Source: a virus
DNA: 64,000 bases
Virus record (IMG/VR): IMGVR_UViG_3300021138_000019
Location: 10,033-74,032 of that record
Direction: 5' to 3' (one strand)
Shown here: positions 31,984 through 42,421 of the stretch, in pieces
Position numbering within the stretch: position 1 is the first letter of the stretch
Layout of the letters: each line of letters opens with the position of its first letter
The notes under the pieces: model-generated
Told to the model about the DNA's origin: nothing
Databases searched by the model: none
What the model saw: the letters and a program-made list of their open reading frames with translations, nothing else
Translations under genes and position numbers: made by a program

Positions 31984-32253
31984 ATGAAAGAACGTTGGAA
32001 ATCCGGTAAATTAACTCCTGAAATTGTAAGAAAAAATGGGCAACATGGTTTAAAAGGTAAAGATATACATAATACTATTGACATTGAATACAAAGGTGTG
32101 ATATACTACGGGTGGCGTGAACTTAAAGAAAAGACTAAAGTGACAAAACATTTATACAACAAATACTATCTTAATGGTATTGATCCGGAATCTAGAATTG
32201 GTTCTAACGGACCAAACCCAAATAACATGAACTTTTTGAAAGGAGGTGTCTGA
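31984..32253 (+). pseudogene. probable C-terminal remnant of a homing endonuclease (DNA-binding part)
   Basis: Basic 89-aa ORF with IEYKGVIYYGWREL...helix motif, no catalytic domain, poor RBS. Confidence 0.45.
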
Positions 32254-32254
32254 A

Positions 32255-33329
32255 ATGAAAGTAGCTATCATAACGGACCAGCATTTTCGGTGTTAGAAAC
32301 GATTCTCCTCAATTTTTGGATTATTATGAAAAATTTTACAGAGATATTTTTTTTCCTAGCCTCGATGGTGATTCTATATCTACTGTTTTGGTTCTTGGGG
32401 ATACATTTGACAGGCGTAAATATATAAATTTTAATACTTTGAAACGTACTAGAGAAATGTTTTTCGATGAATTACTTGCCAGAAATATCAATGTCATAAT
32501 GTTAGCTGGTAATCATGATACATTTTTTAAAAATACTAATGATGTAAATTCTATTGATTTGTTATTGAATGATTACTCTAATATTACAATCATAGATCAT
32601 CCAACTGAAATCACTGTTGGTGAATATAAAGTCTGTATGCTACCATGGATATGTGCGGACAATTATCAAGATAGCATGGATGTAATTAAACAAAGTAAGG
32701 CAAATATTTGCATGGGGCATTTAGAGATTGCTGGTTTTGCAATGTATCGTGGTATGCATTCTGATGAAGGATTAGATCGTGAACTTTTTAACAAATTTGA
32801 ATATACTTTTTCCGGCCATTATCATCATAAACATAATTTTGGCAACATTTATTACCTCGGAAATCCATATGAACTCACATGGCAGGATTATTCTGATCCT
32901 CGGGGTTTTCATATTTTTGATTTCAACACTATGGATGAACCAAGGTTTATAGCAAATCCTAACAACATGTTTCTTAAAATTATGTATGATGATAAAGCTG
33001 AAACAGTTATTGAAATAAACGCAAAAGATTTATCAAAATATACCAATACACATGTTAAAGTGGTTGTAATTAATAAAACAAATCCTTACTTATTTGAAAA
33101 ATTTGTAAATCGGTTATACCAGTCTAACCCGGCCGATGTTTCTATCGCAGAAGATTTTTCAGAGTTGACAGAAGATTTAAATTCTGATATAATAGATCAA
33201 GCTGATGATACTTTGTCAATTCTAAGTAAGTATGTTGATACTATCAAAGAAGATCACATTGACAACAACAAACTTAAAAATATTTTCAAAGAACTATACG
33301 TAGAAGCATTGAATCCTGATACAGAATGA
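32255..33329 (+). CDS. gp47: recombination endonuclease gp47 (Mre11/SbcD-like); needs a +1 frameshift near 32285-32288
   Basis: AGGAGG RBS + MKVAIITDQHF in frame 0 (stop 32294-32296); GVRNDS...LGDTFD, GNHD, SGHYH in the +1 frame. Confidence 0.9.
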
Positions 33330-35038
33330 TATTATTTAAAAAAATAAAATGGCGTAATTTTTTAAGTACCGGCGCACATTTCACAGAAATTGATTTTACC
33401 AAATCTACAAATACATTGATTATTGGGCATAATGGGGCTGGAAAATCCACAATATTAGATGCGTTATGTTTTGTATTATTTAATAAGCCTTATCGTAAAA
33501 TAAACAAAACACAGATTCCCAATTCTATTAACAATTCAGATTGCATTGTAGAAATAGAATTTGAAATTGGTTCTAAAAAATATAAAGTTATACGAGGTAT
33601 CAAACCTAATACGTTTGAGATTTTCTGTAATGGGGTTTTGTTGAACCAAGATGCGAAAGCAAAAGACTATCAGGAACACTTAGAGAAGTTTATTCTCAAA
33701 TTAAATTATAAGTCCTTTACGCAAGTAGTCATCCTTGGTTCGGCATCTTTTATACCGTTCATGCAGTTAGAAACAAAAGACCGCAGAACGATTATTGAAG
33801 ACTTGTTAGATATTGAAATTTTTTCTGAAATGAATGTTATTCTTGCCGACAAATTAAAAATTGTAAAAAACAATCTAATACAAAATATAAGCGACAGAAA
33901 ACTCAAAACTGAATTAATTAAAACTAATGAAGGTTTCATTGAACAACAAAAACAATCACATGCAGAAGAGATTGAAACAAAAAGAAAAGAAATTGAAGAG
34001 TCCTCAAATATCATTGAGAAGTTACAATGCGATATTAAACTTATTAATAAGCATATTGCGGTGTTACAATCTAAAATACAAGACAAGGAATCAGTTGAAG
34101 ATAAGACAAAAAAACTTTTTCAACTTGAGGCGAAAATTGAGTCCAACATAAAAAAAATCAATAAGGATATTGAGTTCTATGAAAAAAACGACCACTGCCC
34201 AACCTGTAGACAATCAATCGAATCAGGATTCAAAACAACACAAGTATCCGAACGTCAAAGTAAAGTCGATGTTCAACAAAAGGGCCTTAAAGAAATTACA
34301 GAGGAAATTAACAAACGAAACGAACGATTAACAGAGATTTTTAATATTGTTAAACATATAAACGCACATAATAATGAAGTTATAACACATAATTCAACTG
34401 TATCGGCAACTCAAAAATACGTAACAAAGTTGTTGAAAGAGATTGATGAGTTATCTATTAAAAGAGATACCCTAACAGAAGAAGCCGGTATAAAAAAACT
34501 AAGAACTGAGTTAAACTCTTTACAATTAGATCATGAAGAACTTCACAAAACAAAACAATATTATGATTTTGCATCGACATTATTGAAAGATACTGGTATT
34601 AAAACTAAGATAGTTCGTCAGTATTTACCAGTTATGAATAAGTTAATCAATAAGTATTTGACTGCAATGGACTTCTTTGTTAATTTTAATATCGATGAAA
34701 ATTTTGAAGAGACAATTAAATCAAGACACCGTGATGAATTTAGTTATTCTAATTTTTCAGAAGGCGAAAAACTTAGAATTGATTTGGCATTATTATTTAC
34801 CTGGCGAGAAATTGCTAAAATGAAAAATTCTACAAATACCAATCTACTAATATTAGATGAAGTATTTGATTCTAGTCTTGACATTGCCGGCACAGAAGAG
34901 TTTTTAAAATTACTCAATCAACTTGGTACTGATACTAACTTGTTTGTAATTTCACATAAGGGTGACCAACTATTTGACAAATTCCGGTCAGTAATTAAAT
35001 TTGAGAAAAAAACCAATTTCAGTAGGATCGTAAAATGA
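33326..35038 (+). CDS. gp46: recombination ATPase gp46 (Rad50/SbcC-like)
   Basis: GHNGAGKST, CPTC zinc hook, FSEGEK, LILDEVFD. Confidence 0.96.
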   Translation: MILFKKIKWRNFLSTGAHFTEIDFTKSTNTLIIGHNGAGKSTILDALCFVLFNKPYRKINKTQIPNSINNSDCIVEIEFEIGSKKYKVIRGIKPNTFEIFCNGVLLNQDAKAKDYQEHLEKFILKLNYKSFTQVVILGSASFIPFMQLETKDRRTIIEDLLDIEIFSEMNVILADKLKIVKNNLIQNISDRKLKTELIKTNEGFIEQQKQSHAEEIETKRKEIEESSNIIEKLQCDIKLINKHIAVLQSKIQDKESVEDKTKKLFQLEAKIESNIKKINKDIEFYEKNDHCPTCRQSIESGFKTTQVSERQSKVDVQQKGLKEITEEINKRNERLTEIFNIVKHINAHNNEVITHNSTVSATQKYVTKLLKEIDELSIKRDTLTEEAGIKKLRTELNSLQLDHEELHKTKQYYDFASTLLKDTGIKTKIVRQYLPVMNKLINKYLTAMDFFVNFNIDENFEETIKSRHRDEFSYSNFSEGEKLRIDLALLFTWREIAKMKNSTNTNLLILDEVFDSSLDIAGTEEFLKLLNQLGTDTNLFVISHKGDQLFDKFRSVIKFEKKTNFSRIVK

Positions 35039-35676
35039 GTGAATTTAAATTAATAATTGAAGAAGATAAACCAGCTAAAGTTAATACCAAAGCTGATGAT
35101 GTTATTAGTTTTGATACAAGTAAGGCACTTGAGATTAAAACCGAAAAACCGAAAAATATAATTCCTCTAGTGCCTGAGTATCACTCAATATTAAGAGAAG
35201 TGATGCCCGAGTTTGATTTTTCAAAACCACCTGTAAATCCAAATGAACTTGCATCTGCACTCGTAGATACTTGTATTCAAAGTAAAGGTTACGGGTTATC
35301 TGCAAATCAATGCGGACTTAAATATCGTGTATTTGTAATGGGTGCCGGTGATGAATATGTTGCGTTCTTTAACCCAAAATTACTGGCAACACGAGGTGAA
35401 ATTCATATGGAAGAAGCCTGTTTATCTTTTCCTTTATTAAATCTTTTTGTTACGAGAGCGGCAGAAATAGATGTTGAGTACCAAGACTTTAACGGACTGG
35501 TAAAGACCGCAACTTTTAACGGTATAAGTGCAAGATGTTGGTTGCATGAGCTTGACCACATGAACGGAATAGTGTATACTGATATTGTAAAACCTTTAGC
35601 CTTACAACAAGGATACAAAAGACGTATGAAAACTTTAGGTAAATTAGGATACAAATTTAAAAAGATTAAAAAATGA
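35035..35676 (+). CDS. def: peptide deformylase
   Basis: GLSANQCG, EACLS, HELDH motifs. Confidence 0.92.
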   Translation: MSEFKLIIEEDKPAKVNTKADDVISFDTSKALEIKTEKPKNIIPLVPEYHSILREVMPEFDFSKPPVNPNELASALVDTCIQSKGYGLSANQCGLKYRVFVMGAGDEYVAFFNPKLLATRGEIHMEEACLSFPLLNLFVTRAAEIDVEYQDFNGLVKTATFNGISARCWLHELDHMNGIVYTDIVKPLALQQGYKRRMKTLGKLGYKFKKIKK

Positions 35677-37253
35677 CACAATATTATTATGAAAAGAATC
35701 AAAAACTACTTGATTCAAGTGTGAATGTGACGTTTGACGAAATACTAAAAATGACTACTGACGAGTTTCGTCAATGGGTAATTGATTTGCGTAAAACTGT
35801 AGTAGACTTGTGGGACAATGAAAACTTACCTCCTAGAGTCGGTTACAACAAAAAAGAAATTATTGGTCAATTTGCCGATATGCCATCATTTCCGGTTCAC
35901 AAATTCTTAGTTAAAGATGAGCTAACAGGTGAAAGAGATGTCATCAGAAACACAAGCAACATAGGTAATGCAGTTAATCAATGGTTTCCTACCATGATGA
36001 AGACTCGTATTAATTATTCTAAAAATGATGATGGTAAATCAATATACGATTATTTTGCCAAACCTGAATTGTTAGAAACTTTTGTGACGTATGCATCGAG
36101 ACATTTCAAACGTGATTCATTCTATCATTACTCTCTTGTCGTAAAATCGAACAATACAGAATACGTTAACAGTCTACCTGTTAGTGAATCTGGTAAAGAA
36201 TGGATTCAACAATTTGAAAATACTTTTAGAAAACAAGGTAAATATGACTATTGGCTACAATCAAAAGATATATCTGCCGAATATGATGGTTATAGTGAAG
36301 AACTCAAAAATACAAAGTACCTCACAGTAAGCAAGGTAGATATTGAAAGTCTTGGTGATATTATACCAGAACTTTGCAAGTCAAATTTAAATTTCGATAA
36401 ATCTGAACATGCTGTAATTAGATTCTATGAACACGGTCAGAAACTCTTTCCAATAGGTCTAAAAGCATTTAGAGTATCTTTCTGTCAGTATGCAGTTAAC
36501 TTCCCGCCATTGACAGCCAAGTACTTGTATGAGCGTTTTACAGAGTCATTTAAAGACCAAGATTTAATTAAAATCTATGACCCATCATCAGGATGGGGCG
36601 GCAGACTTCTTGGTGCAATGAGTGTGAAAGATGATAGAAAAGTTCTTTACATAGGCACAGATCCAAATACAGATCACACAACAACAATTGGTAGAACTAA
36701 GTATGATGAGATTGCAGACTTCTACCGTAAGAATGTTAGGAAAGGTGGATTGTTTGCTCATACAGTACAACAAACTAAGACCGAAATATATCAGCTAGGC
36801 TCAGAAGTTATACAATTTAATGAAAACTTTCAAAAGCATAAAGGTACAATCGATTTAATCTTTACCTCACCACCATATTTTGCTAAAGAGGCTTATTCAG
36901 AAGACCCTGAACAGTCATACAAAAAGTTTGGTCAATATGATGCGTGGCGAGAAGGATTTCTACGACCGACATTAGAAACAGCAGTCGAGTGGTTAAAGAA
37001 TGATAGATATCTTTTGTGGAATATTGCAGATGCAGTATTTGGTGGTGATATGTTACCGCTTGAAAAAGATAGCCAAAATATTTTAGAATCGTTGGGTATG
37101 GTATATAAAGGCAAGTTAAAAATGTCTTTAGCACAGATGCCAGGTGGTAATCGTGTTGATTCTGAAACAGGACTACCAAAAGCAAAAAATTTCTGTAAAG
37201 TAAATGGCTTATGGTTAAAATACGAACCGGTATTTGTTTTCTATAAACCGTAA
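35673..37253 (+). CDS. DNA amino-methyltransferase-like protein
   Basis: YDPSSGWGGR SAM-binding motif; DLIFTSPPYF catalytic motif. Confidence 0.8.
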   Translation: MTQYYYEKNQKLLDSSVNVTFDEILKMTTDEFRQWVIDLRKTVVDLWDNENLPPRVGYNKKEIIGQFADMPSFPVHKFLVKDELTGERDVIRNTSNIGNAVNQWFPTMMKTRINYSKNDDGKSIYDYFAKPELLETFVTYASRHFKRDSFYHYSLVVKSNNTEYVNSLPVSESGKEWIQQFENTFRKQGKYDYWLQSKDISAEYDGYSEELKNTKYLTVSKVDIESLGDIIPELCKSNLNFDKSEHAVIRFYEHGQKLFPIGLKAFRVSFCQYAVNFPPLTAKYLYERFTESFKDQDLIKIYDPSSGWGGRLLGAMSVKDDRKVLYIGTDPNTDHTTTIGRTKYDEIADFYRKNVRKGGLFAHTVQQTKTEIYQLGSEVIQFNENFQKHKGTIDLIFTSPPYFAKEAYSEDPEQSYKKFGQYDAWREGFLRPTLETAVEWLKNDRYLLWNIADAVFGGDMLPLEKDSQNILESLGMVYKGKLKMSLAQMPGGNRVDSETGLPKAKNFCKVNGLWLKYEPVFVFYKP

Positions 37254-37270
37254 GTATGCCGCAGAAATTG

Positions 37271-37299
37271 TTGACTATTGTATTAAATAGTAGTATAAT
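37271..37299 (+). promoter_or_regulatory. sigma70-type promoter
   Basis: TTGACT-17bp-TATAAT. Confidence 0.8.
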
Positions 37300-37351
37300 A
37301 GTCTTACTCAAGTGATTGAGGTTTTTTATTAATTTATTTAAGGAGTTTATT

Positions 37352-37639
37352 TTGACTATATTATCTGCAAAACAAAAAATGTTAAAAGCATTGAAAGAAA
37401 ATCAAACATTTACAGTTTCACAAGCGAGATCACGTTTTGGTGTTACAAATGTACCAGCTCGAATTGAAGAGTTGCGTAAAGAAGGTCATTGTATCTACAC
37501 AGGTAGACGCCGCAATAGCGAAGGTAAACGGATTAATTATTACACAATGGGACCTGCAACAAAGTCTTTAGTTCAGTATGCATTGGCGGCTGGATATTCA
37601 TTCGGACGCCGCAACAACGGTAATCCATTATCGGTTTAA
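37352..37639 (+). CDS. small winged-HTH DNA-binding protein (TTG start)
   Basis: AAGGAG RBS before TTG 37352; ARSRFGVTNVPARIEELRKEG; has its own promoter and terminator. Confidence 0.7.
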   Translation: MTILSAKQKMLKALKENQTFTVSQARSRFGVTNVPARIEELRKEGHCIYTGRRRNSEGKRINYYTMGPATKSLVQYALAAGYSFGRRNNGNPLSV

Positions 37640-37646
37640 GTTCATG

Positions 37647-37670
37647 GGGTACCTTCGGGTACCCTTTTTT
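37647..37670 (+). terminator. intrinsic terminator (cUUCGg loop)
   Basis: GGGTACC-TTCG-GGTACCC-TTTTTT. Confidence 0.9.
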
Positions 37671-37686
37671 ATTATTTGGAGAGTAA

Positions 37687-38484
37687 ATGGAAATTTCAAT
37701 TAAAAAAGAAGAGCTACAAAAGAAAAGTCTATTTGTAGCCACCCCAATGTATGGTGGTCAAAATCATGGTTTGTATGCTAAAGCCTGTTTAGATTTACAA
37801 GCAATTTGTATGCAGTACGGAATTAGAATTAAGTTTTCATTCCTCTTCAATGAATCTTTGATTACTCGTGCAAGAAATTATCTTGTTGACGAATTCTTAA
37901 ATCGTTCAGATTGCACTCATCTATTATTCTTAGATGCCGATATTCACTTTAATCCTCAAGATGTTATCGCAATGTTAGCATTGGATAAAGAAGTTATTGG
38001 TGCACCATATCCTAAGAAAGCTATAAAATGGCGTTCTGTTAAAAAGGCGATGGAAAGAAATCCCGATATTGAACCGCACTTGCTTGAAACTGTAACCGGT
38101 GACTATGTGTTTAATCCTGTTAAAGGTACCGCACAATTTAACGTGACAGAACCTTTAGAAGTTATGGAAATTGGTACAGGCTTTATGATGGTTCAACGTG
38201 AAGTATTTCCTAAATGGGAACTTGCTTATCCAGAATATCGCTACAAACCAGATCACGTTGGGCAGGCGCACTTTGATGGCACACGATACATACATGCATA
38301 TTTTGATACGGTTATTGATAAAGTATCTGAGCGTTACTTATCAGAAGATTATATGTTCTGTCAATGGTGGAGAAACATTGGAGGTAAAATCTTCTTGTGT
38401 CCATGGATGAAAACAGACCATATAGGTACCTATCACTTTAAAGGTGATATGCCGGCAGTTGCCAACTTTGTTGGAGAACTCTGA
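37687..38484 (+). CDS. GT-A fold glycosyltransferase-like protein
   Basis: ATPMYGG, ESLITRARN, LFLDADI (DxD), GTGFM, LSEDYMFC. Confidence 0.7.
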   Translation: MEISIKKEELQKKSLFVATPMYGGQNHGLYAKACLDLQAICMQYGIRIKFSFLFNESLITRARNYLVDEFLNRSDCTHLLFLDADIHFNPQDVIAMLALDKEVIGAPYPKKAIKWRSVKKAMERNPDIEPHLLETVTGDYVFNPVKGTAQFNVTEPLEVMEIGTGFMMVQREVFPKWELAYPEYRYKPDHVGQAHFDGTRYIHAYFDTVIDKVSERYLSEDYMFCQWWRNIGGKIFLCPWMKTDHIGTYHFKGDMPAVANFVGEL

Positions 38485-38879
38485 TGACTAAGGCCGACAT
38501 AGTAAAAGCATCACAAAATGCAACAACTGGCGGCCGTAAGTTTGATGGTGACAAACTAGAATATGGTTTGTTACCACCTCTTGCTTTAAAGGAAGTCACA
38601 AAAGTCTTAACATTTGGTGCTCAGAAATACGAAAGAGATAACTGGAAACATGTCCCAGATTCTAAACGTAGATATTTTGATGCCGCACAACGGCATCTGT
38701 GGGCATGGAAAGAGGGGGAACAAAACGATCCCGAAACAAGTATGAATCATCTTGCACACGCATTGTGTTGCCTGATGTTTTTATATGAGCATGATGTTGT
38801 TTATTCTGTTGAAGAAAAGAGAATAGATTACCTTGCAAATAAAGCTAAAAAAGCATATAATGATAATGTACATATATAA
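38484..38879 (+). CDS. dATP/dGTP diphosphohydrolase domain protein (DUF5664-like)
   Basis: GRKFDGDK, VLTFGAQKY..DNW, DPET..HLAHA. Confidence 0.85.
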   Translation: MTKADIVKASQNATTGGRKFDGDKLEYGLLPPLALKEVTKVLTFGAQKYERDNWKHVPDSKRRYFDAAQRHLWAWKEGEQNDPETSMNHLAHALCCLMFLYEHDVVYSVEEKRIDYLANKAKKAYNDNVHI

Positions 38880-38890
38880 TGGAGAAAAGA

Positions 38891-39550
38891 ATGAAATTAT
38901 CGAATGAAACAATCGATACCTTAAAGCATTTTGCTGGTATCAATCAGAACATAGAGTTCAAAAAAGGTAAAGTTCTAAAAACAGTTTCACCTTTGAAGAA
39001 CATTTTAGTTAAAACAACAGTCAAAGATGATTTTCCTGAAGATTTTTGTATCTATGATTTGAATCAATTTCTTACAGTACATACACTTTATAAAGATACT
39101 GAAATCGATTTCAAAGGTAATGATATTGTTTTTAAAAGTCCTGGTGCAAAAAGCAAGATTAATTATCGCAAAGCCGCAAAGAACAATATCGTTTGTGCAC
39201 CTGATGGCGACCTAGAAATTGATGAGCCTCTTGCAGAATTTGTTCTGACTGAAGATGTTATTAATTCTTTGTTAAAGAGTGCCCATGTGTTGCAACATCC
39301 TGATGCGACTATTGAATCTGACGGTACAAAATTATATGCAACATCTTTTGAATCTAAGAATGATGCATCACATATCAACAAGATTGAAATCGGTGACTAT
39401 GATGGTGAATCTTTCAAAGCAGAATTCAAAGTTGAAAATCTTAAATTAATTCCTGGTACATATAACGTAATTTTTAGCGAAAACTTTGCCCAATTTACAA
39501 ATCAGAAAGTTGATTTGATTTATTGGATTACACTTGAATCTTGGGAATAA
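38891..39550 (+). CDS. gp45: sliding clamp gp45
   Basis: MKLSNETI..LK.FA.IN, FCIYDLNQFL, YWITLE; GGAG RBS. Confidence 0.92.
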   Translation: MKLSNETIDTLKHFAGINQNIEFKKGKVLKTVSPLKNILVKTTVKDDFPEDFCIYDLNQFLTVHTLYKDTEIDFKGNDIVFKSPGAKSKINYRKAAKNNIVCAPDGDLEIDEPLAEFVLTEDVINSLLKSAHVLQHPDATIESDGTKLYATSFESKNDASHINKIEIGDYDGESFKAEFKVENLKLIPGTYNVIFSENFAQFTNQKVDLIYWITLESWE

Positions 39551-39552
39551 TT

Positions 39553-39831
39553 ATGACTTTAAAAGTAAATACCTTATACGGCACATTTGATGAAGAACAA
39601 CTTAAAGAACTAAAGGGTAGTGTTGAAGAGATTGTTGTTTGTCTAACTAGAATTCAAGCACAGAATGAATCTATCAGAGATATTGTTGACTTGACATTCG
39701 ACCACTTAAAGATACCTAAGAAAATCATTAAGAAAATGGCAAAAGCAAAATTCAAACAAAACTTTCAAGCAGAAGTTGCAGAGAATACTGAGTTTGAAAA
39801 TCTTTATGGTACATTGCAAGATATCAAATAA
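39553..39831 (+). CDS. small dsDNA-binding protein (T4 DsbA-like)
   Basis: Helical; IPKKIIKKMAK...F.AE..E..EFE.LY. Confidence 0.6.
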   Translation: MTLKVNTLYGTFDEEQLKELKGSVEEIVVCLTRIQAQNESIRDIVDLTFDHLKIPKKIIKKMAKAKFKQNFQAEVAENTEFENLYGTLQDIK

Positions 39832-39895
39832 TTCATACAATCTTGCATATAGCACTTGATGCTAAATTTTTTATATTATATTATGGAGTATTTGA

Positions 39896-40831
39896 ATGAA
39901 AGACCACATGTTATGGGTAGAGAAGTATCGCCCACATAAAATTGAAGATTGTATCCTACATCCTTCAATCAAAGAAACGTTTCAACAATACGTAAAAGAT
40001 GGTAAGATACCTAACTTGCTACTTGCTGGCGGTCCTGGTATTGGTAAAACAACTGTTGCAAAAGCCTTGTGTGATGAAGTTGGTTGCGATTATCTAGTAA
40101 TCAATGGGTCAGATGAATCCGGTATAGATACGTTTAGAATCAAAATTAAACAGTATGCATCATCGATGAGTTTTGGGGGTGGACGTAAGGTTATCATTAT
40201 AGATGAGGCTGACTATCTAAACCCAAATTCAACCCAACCAGCGTTGCGTGGTGCAATGGAAGAGTTCTCTAAGAATTGTTCGTTCATCTTTACTTGTAAC
40301 TACAAGAACCGTATCATTGCACCGTTACATTCTAGGTGTGCAGTAGTCGATTTTAAGACTAACGGCTCTAAGAAAGAACTAGCAACACAATTCTTTAAAC
40401 GTGTTGAGTATATTCTCAATGAAGAAAACATCACATTTAAGAAACCTGTTGTTGCCGCACTAGTAGCAAAATACTTTCCAGATAATCGTAGAATTCTTAA
40501 TGAATTGCAAAGATATTCTGCTGGCGGTACAATTGATGAAGGTATTTTATCGTCTGTAGGAGAACTTCAATTAGGTGAATTAGTCAAATCATTTAAAGAA
40601 AAGGACTTTTCTGGCGTTCGTAAATGGGTTATTAACAATCTTGATAACGACCCAACTCGTATCTTTAGAACAATCTATGACACCTTGTATGACGAATTAA
40701 AACCTAATTCTGTACCGGAACTCGTTTTAATTCTTGCAAAATATCAATATCAAGCGGCATTCGTTGCAGACCATGAGATTAATCTTATGGCTTGTTTTAC
40801 TGAAATTATGATTAACATGGAATTTAAATAA
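39896..40831 (+). CDS. gp44: clamp loader subunit gp44
   Basis: WVEKYRP, GPGIGKTT, IIDEADYL, SRC. Confidence 0.96.
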   Translation: MKDHMLWVEKYRPHKIEDCILHPSIKETFQQYVKDGKIPNLLLAGGPGIGKTTVAKALCDEVGCDYLVINGSDESGIDTFRIKIKQYASSMSFGGGRKVIIIDEADYLNPNSTQPALRGAMEEFSKNCSFIFTCNYKNRIIAPLHSRCAVVDFKTNGSKKELATQFFKRVEYILNEENITFKKPVVAALVAKYFPDNRRILNELQRYSAGGTIDEGILSSVGELQLGELVKSFKEKDFSGVRKWVINNLDNDPTRIFRTIYDTLYDELKPNSVPELVLILAKYQYQAAFVADHEINLMACFTEIMINMEFK

Positions 40832-40843
40832 AAGGAATATAAC

Positions 40844-41986
40844 ATGGTGCAATTAACATCCAAATTTAAAAAAGAACTAGCAATTTCTGAAGAGCCAATA
40901 AAAGAATTGAAAATTATTGGTAAATATACTTATCAAAAAACAATAGATACTGAATTTTGGTTATCTATGGAAGTAACTCCAGTTCAAAGAAATACTGAAG
41001 AAAGACTTAAGAAACCAGAAATACTTGAAAATTTAAGTACTCTTCATCCATGCCATTTGCATGTTGCGGTGGGCATTTTAACAAAAAATTCAGAATATCT
41101 AGGAACAAAATATAACAAAGGTCAAGTTTTTCTAATAGATGGGTGCACAAGGCAATTAGCACAACACCGTGGACTCGTTGATGCACGACCTGAACATATG
41201 TATGCTTCAGTTTATGAAGTTGACACCATAGAAAAAATGGAAGACATTTATCGTAAATATGATAATAAAATAGCAGTTGAAACCACTCAAGACACAGCAA
41301 GCGGTATTTTAAGAGCAATTGGTTACGAAGCAAAGAGTAGTAAAATTAAAAATGGTAAATTTATATCTGCTCTTAAAGTCGTTAATGATATTTACTTTGA
41401 AATAAAAAAACCATTAAACAAGGATCATACATTAAGAGATGCAATTGTTGAATTTATCAATGAATTTGCGATTGTTGACAATATTATATCCATTAAGAAG
41501 AAGGTTTGGGAAGGTGACCATGGTCTTCTAGCCGCCGCTCTAATGGCATATAGAACATATGCAAATACCGACAAGAGAGACAAAGTAGATCAGTTTTTTA
41601 CAGATATCACTCTTGGGAATTCCGGTGTTTGTGTAAAAGGCGTAACAGACGGTATTACTTTTGCTATCAAAGAACTTGAAACAAACAAAGAAATTCCAAA
41701 AACTTCCGGTGAATGGAACAAAGGCGAAACAATAAAAAAGAGAATTTCTCATATATTGTATTGCTTAGAACAACATTTAAAAGATAAGAAGTTTAAACAA
41801 CTTGGTGGTGGTTGGGAAAAAGTTGCAAAAGAATGGTTCTCAAAGCAAGACGCTATAGTACGAAATGTTCATTTGAACACTAATATGGCAGCATTGTTTA
41901 ACCTACAAACTGAAGATGCTGAGTCTAAAAGAGCAAAAAATTTAGTTCAATTTATAAAGGACAAATCAAAAAAGAATTCAGTCTGA
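40844..41986 (+). CDS. hypothetical protein, possible ParB/Srx-like N-terminal domain
   Basis: VQRN...FLIDGCTR resembles the ParB/DGQHR hhDGxxR motif; AAGGA RBS. Confidence 0.5.
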   Translation: MVQLTSKFKKELAISEEPIKELKIIGKYTYQKTIDTEFWLSMEVTPVQRNTEERLKKPEILENLSTLHPCHLHVAVGILTKNSEYLGTKYNKGQVFLIDGCTRQLAQHRGLVDARPEHMYASVYEVDTIEKMEDIYRKYDNKIAVETTQDTASGILRAIGYEAKSSKIKNGKFISALKVVNDIYFEIKKPLNKDHTLRDAIVEFINEFAIVDNIISIKKKVWEGDHGLLAAALMAYRTYANTDKRDKVDQFFTDITLGNSGVCVKGVTDGITFAIKELETNKEIPKTSGEWNKGETIKKRISHILYCLEQHLKDKKFKQLGGGWEKVAKEWFSKQDAIVRNVHLNTNMAALFNLQTEDAESKRAKNLVQFIKDKSKKNSV

Positions 41987-42031
41987 AGATTACATTTGTT
42001 GAAAATAAAAAATATATTATGAGGTTTTGAA

Positions 42032-42421
42032 ATGCCGGACATGTTTAAGGAGATTATACCCTCCATACTCCAAACTAAGAAATGTGTAATAAATGACGAA
42101 GTAGACCGTAAGGATTATAAGTCATTTATCATCAACCGTTCCTTGTCTTATCACAGCGATTGTGTATTGTTTGTCAATGAAATCAACAAGTTCCCTGAAC
42201 TTGATGTGGATATGCAATACCAGTATCTTCTAAATACCATCAGACCCATGAAACGGAAATTTCAACCGTGGCAAAAGTCTGATAAAGAAAAGAATATTGA
42301 TGTAGTGAAAGAGTTCTTTGGCTACTCAAATGCTAAGGCCAAAGAGGCTTTACGTATTCTTACCGATGAGCAAATCGCTGAAATAAAAATAAGAATAGAT
42401 AAAGGCGGAATGAAAAAATGA
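42032..42421 (+). CDS. gp62: clamp loader small subunit gp62
   Basis: FIINRSLS, QYQYLLNTIR, FGYS..KAKEAL.IL. Confidence 0.93.
   Translation: MPDMFKEIIPSILQTKKCVINDEVDRKDYKSFIINRSLSYHSDCVLFVNEINKFPELDVDMQYQYLLNTIRPMKRKFQPWQKSDKEKNIDVVKEFFGYSNAKAKEALRILTDEQIAEIKIRIDKGGMKK

Noticed and set aside
32316-32318. TTG start for gp47
   Set aside because: No RBS, and it omits the DxH catalytic motif encoded upstream.
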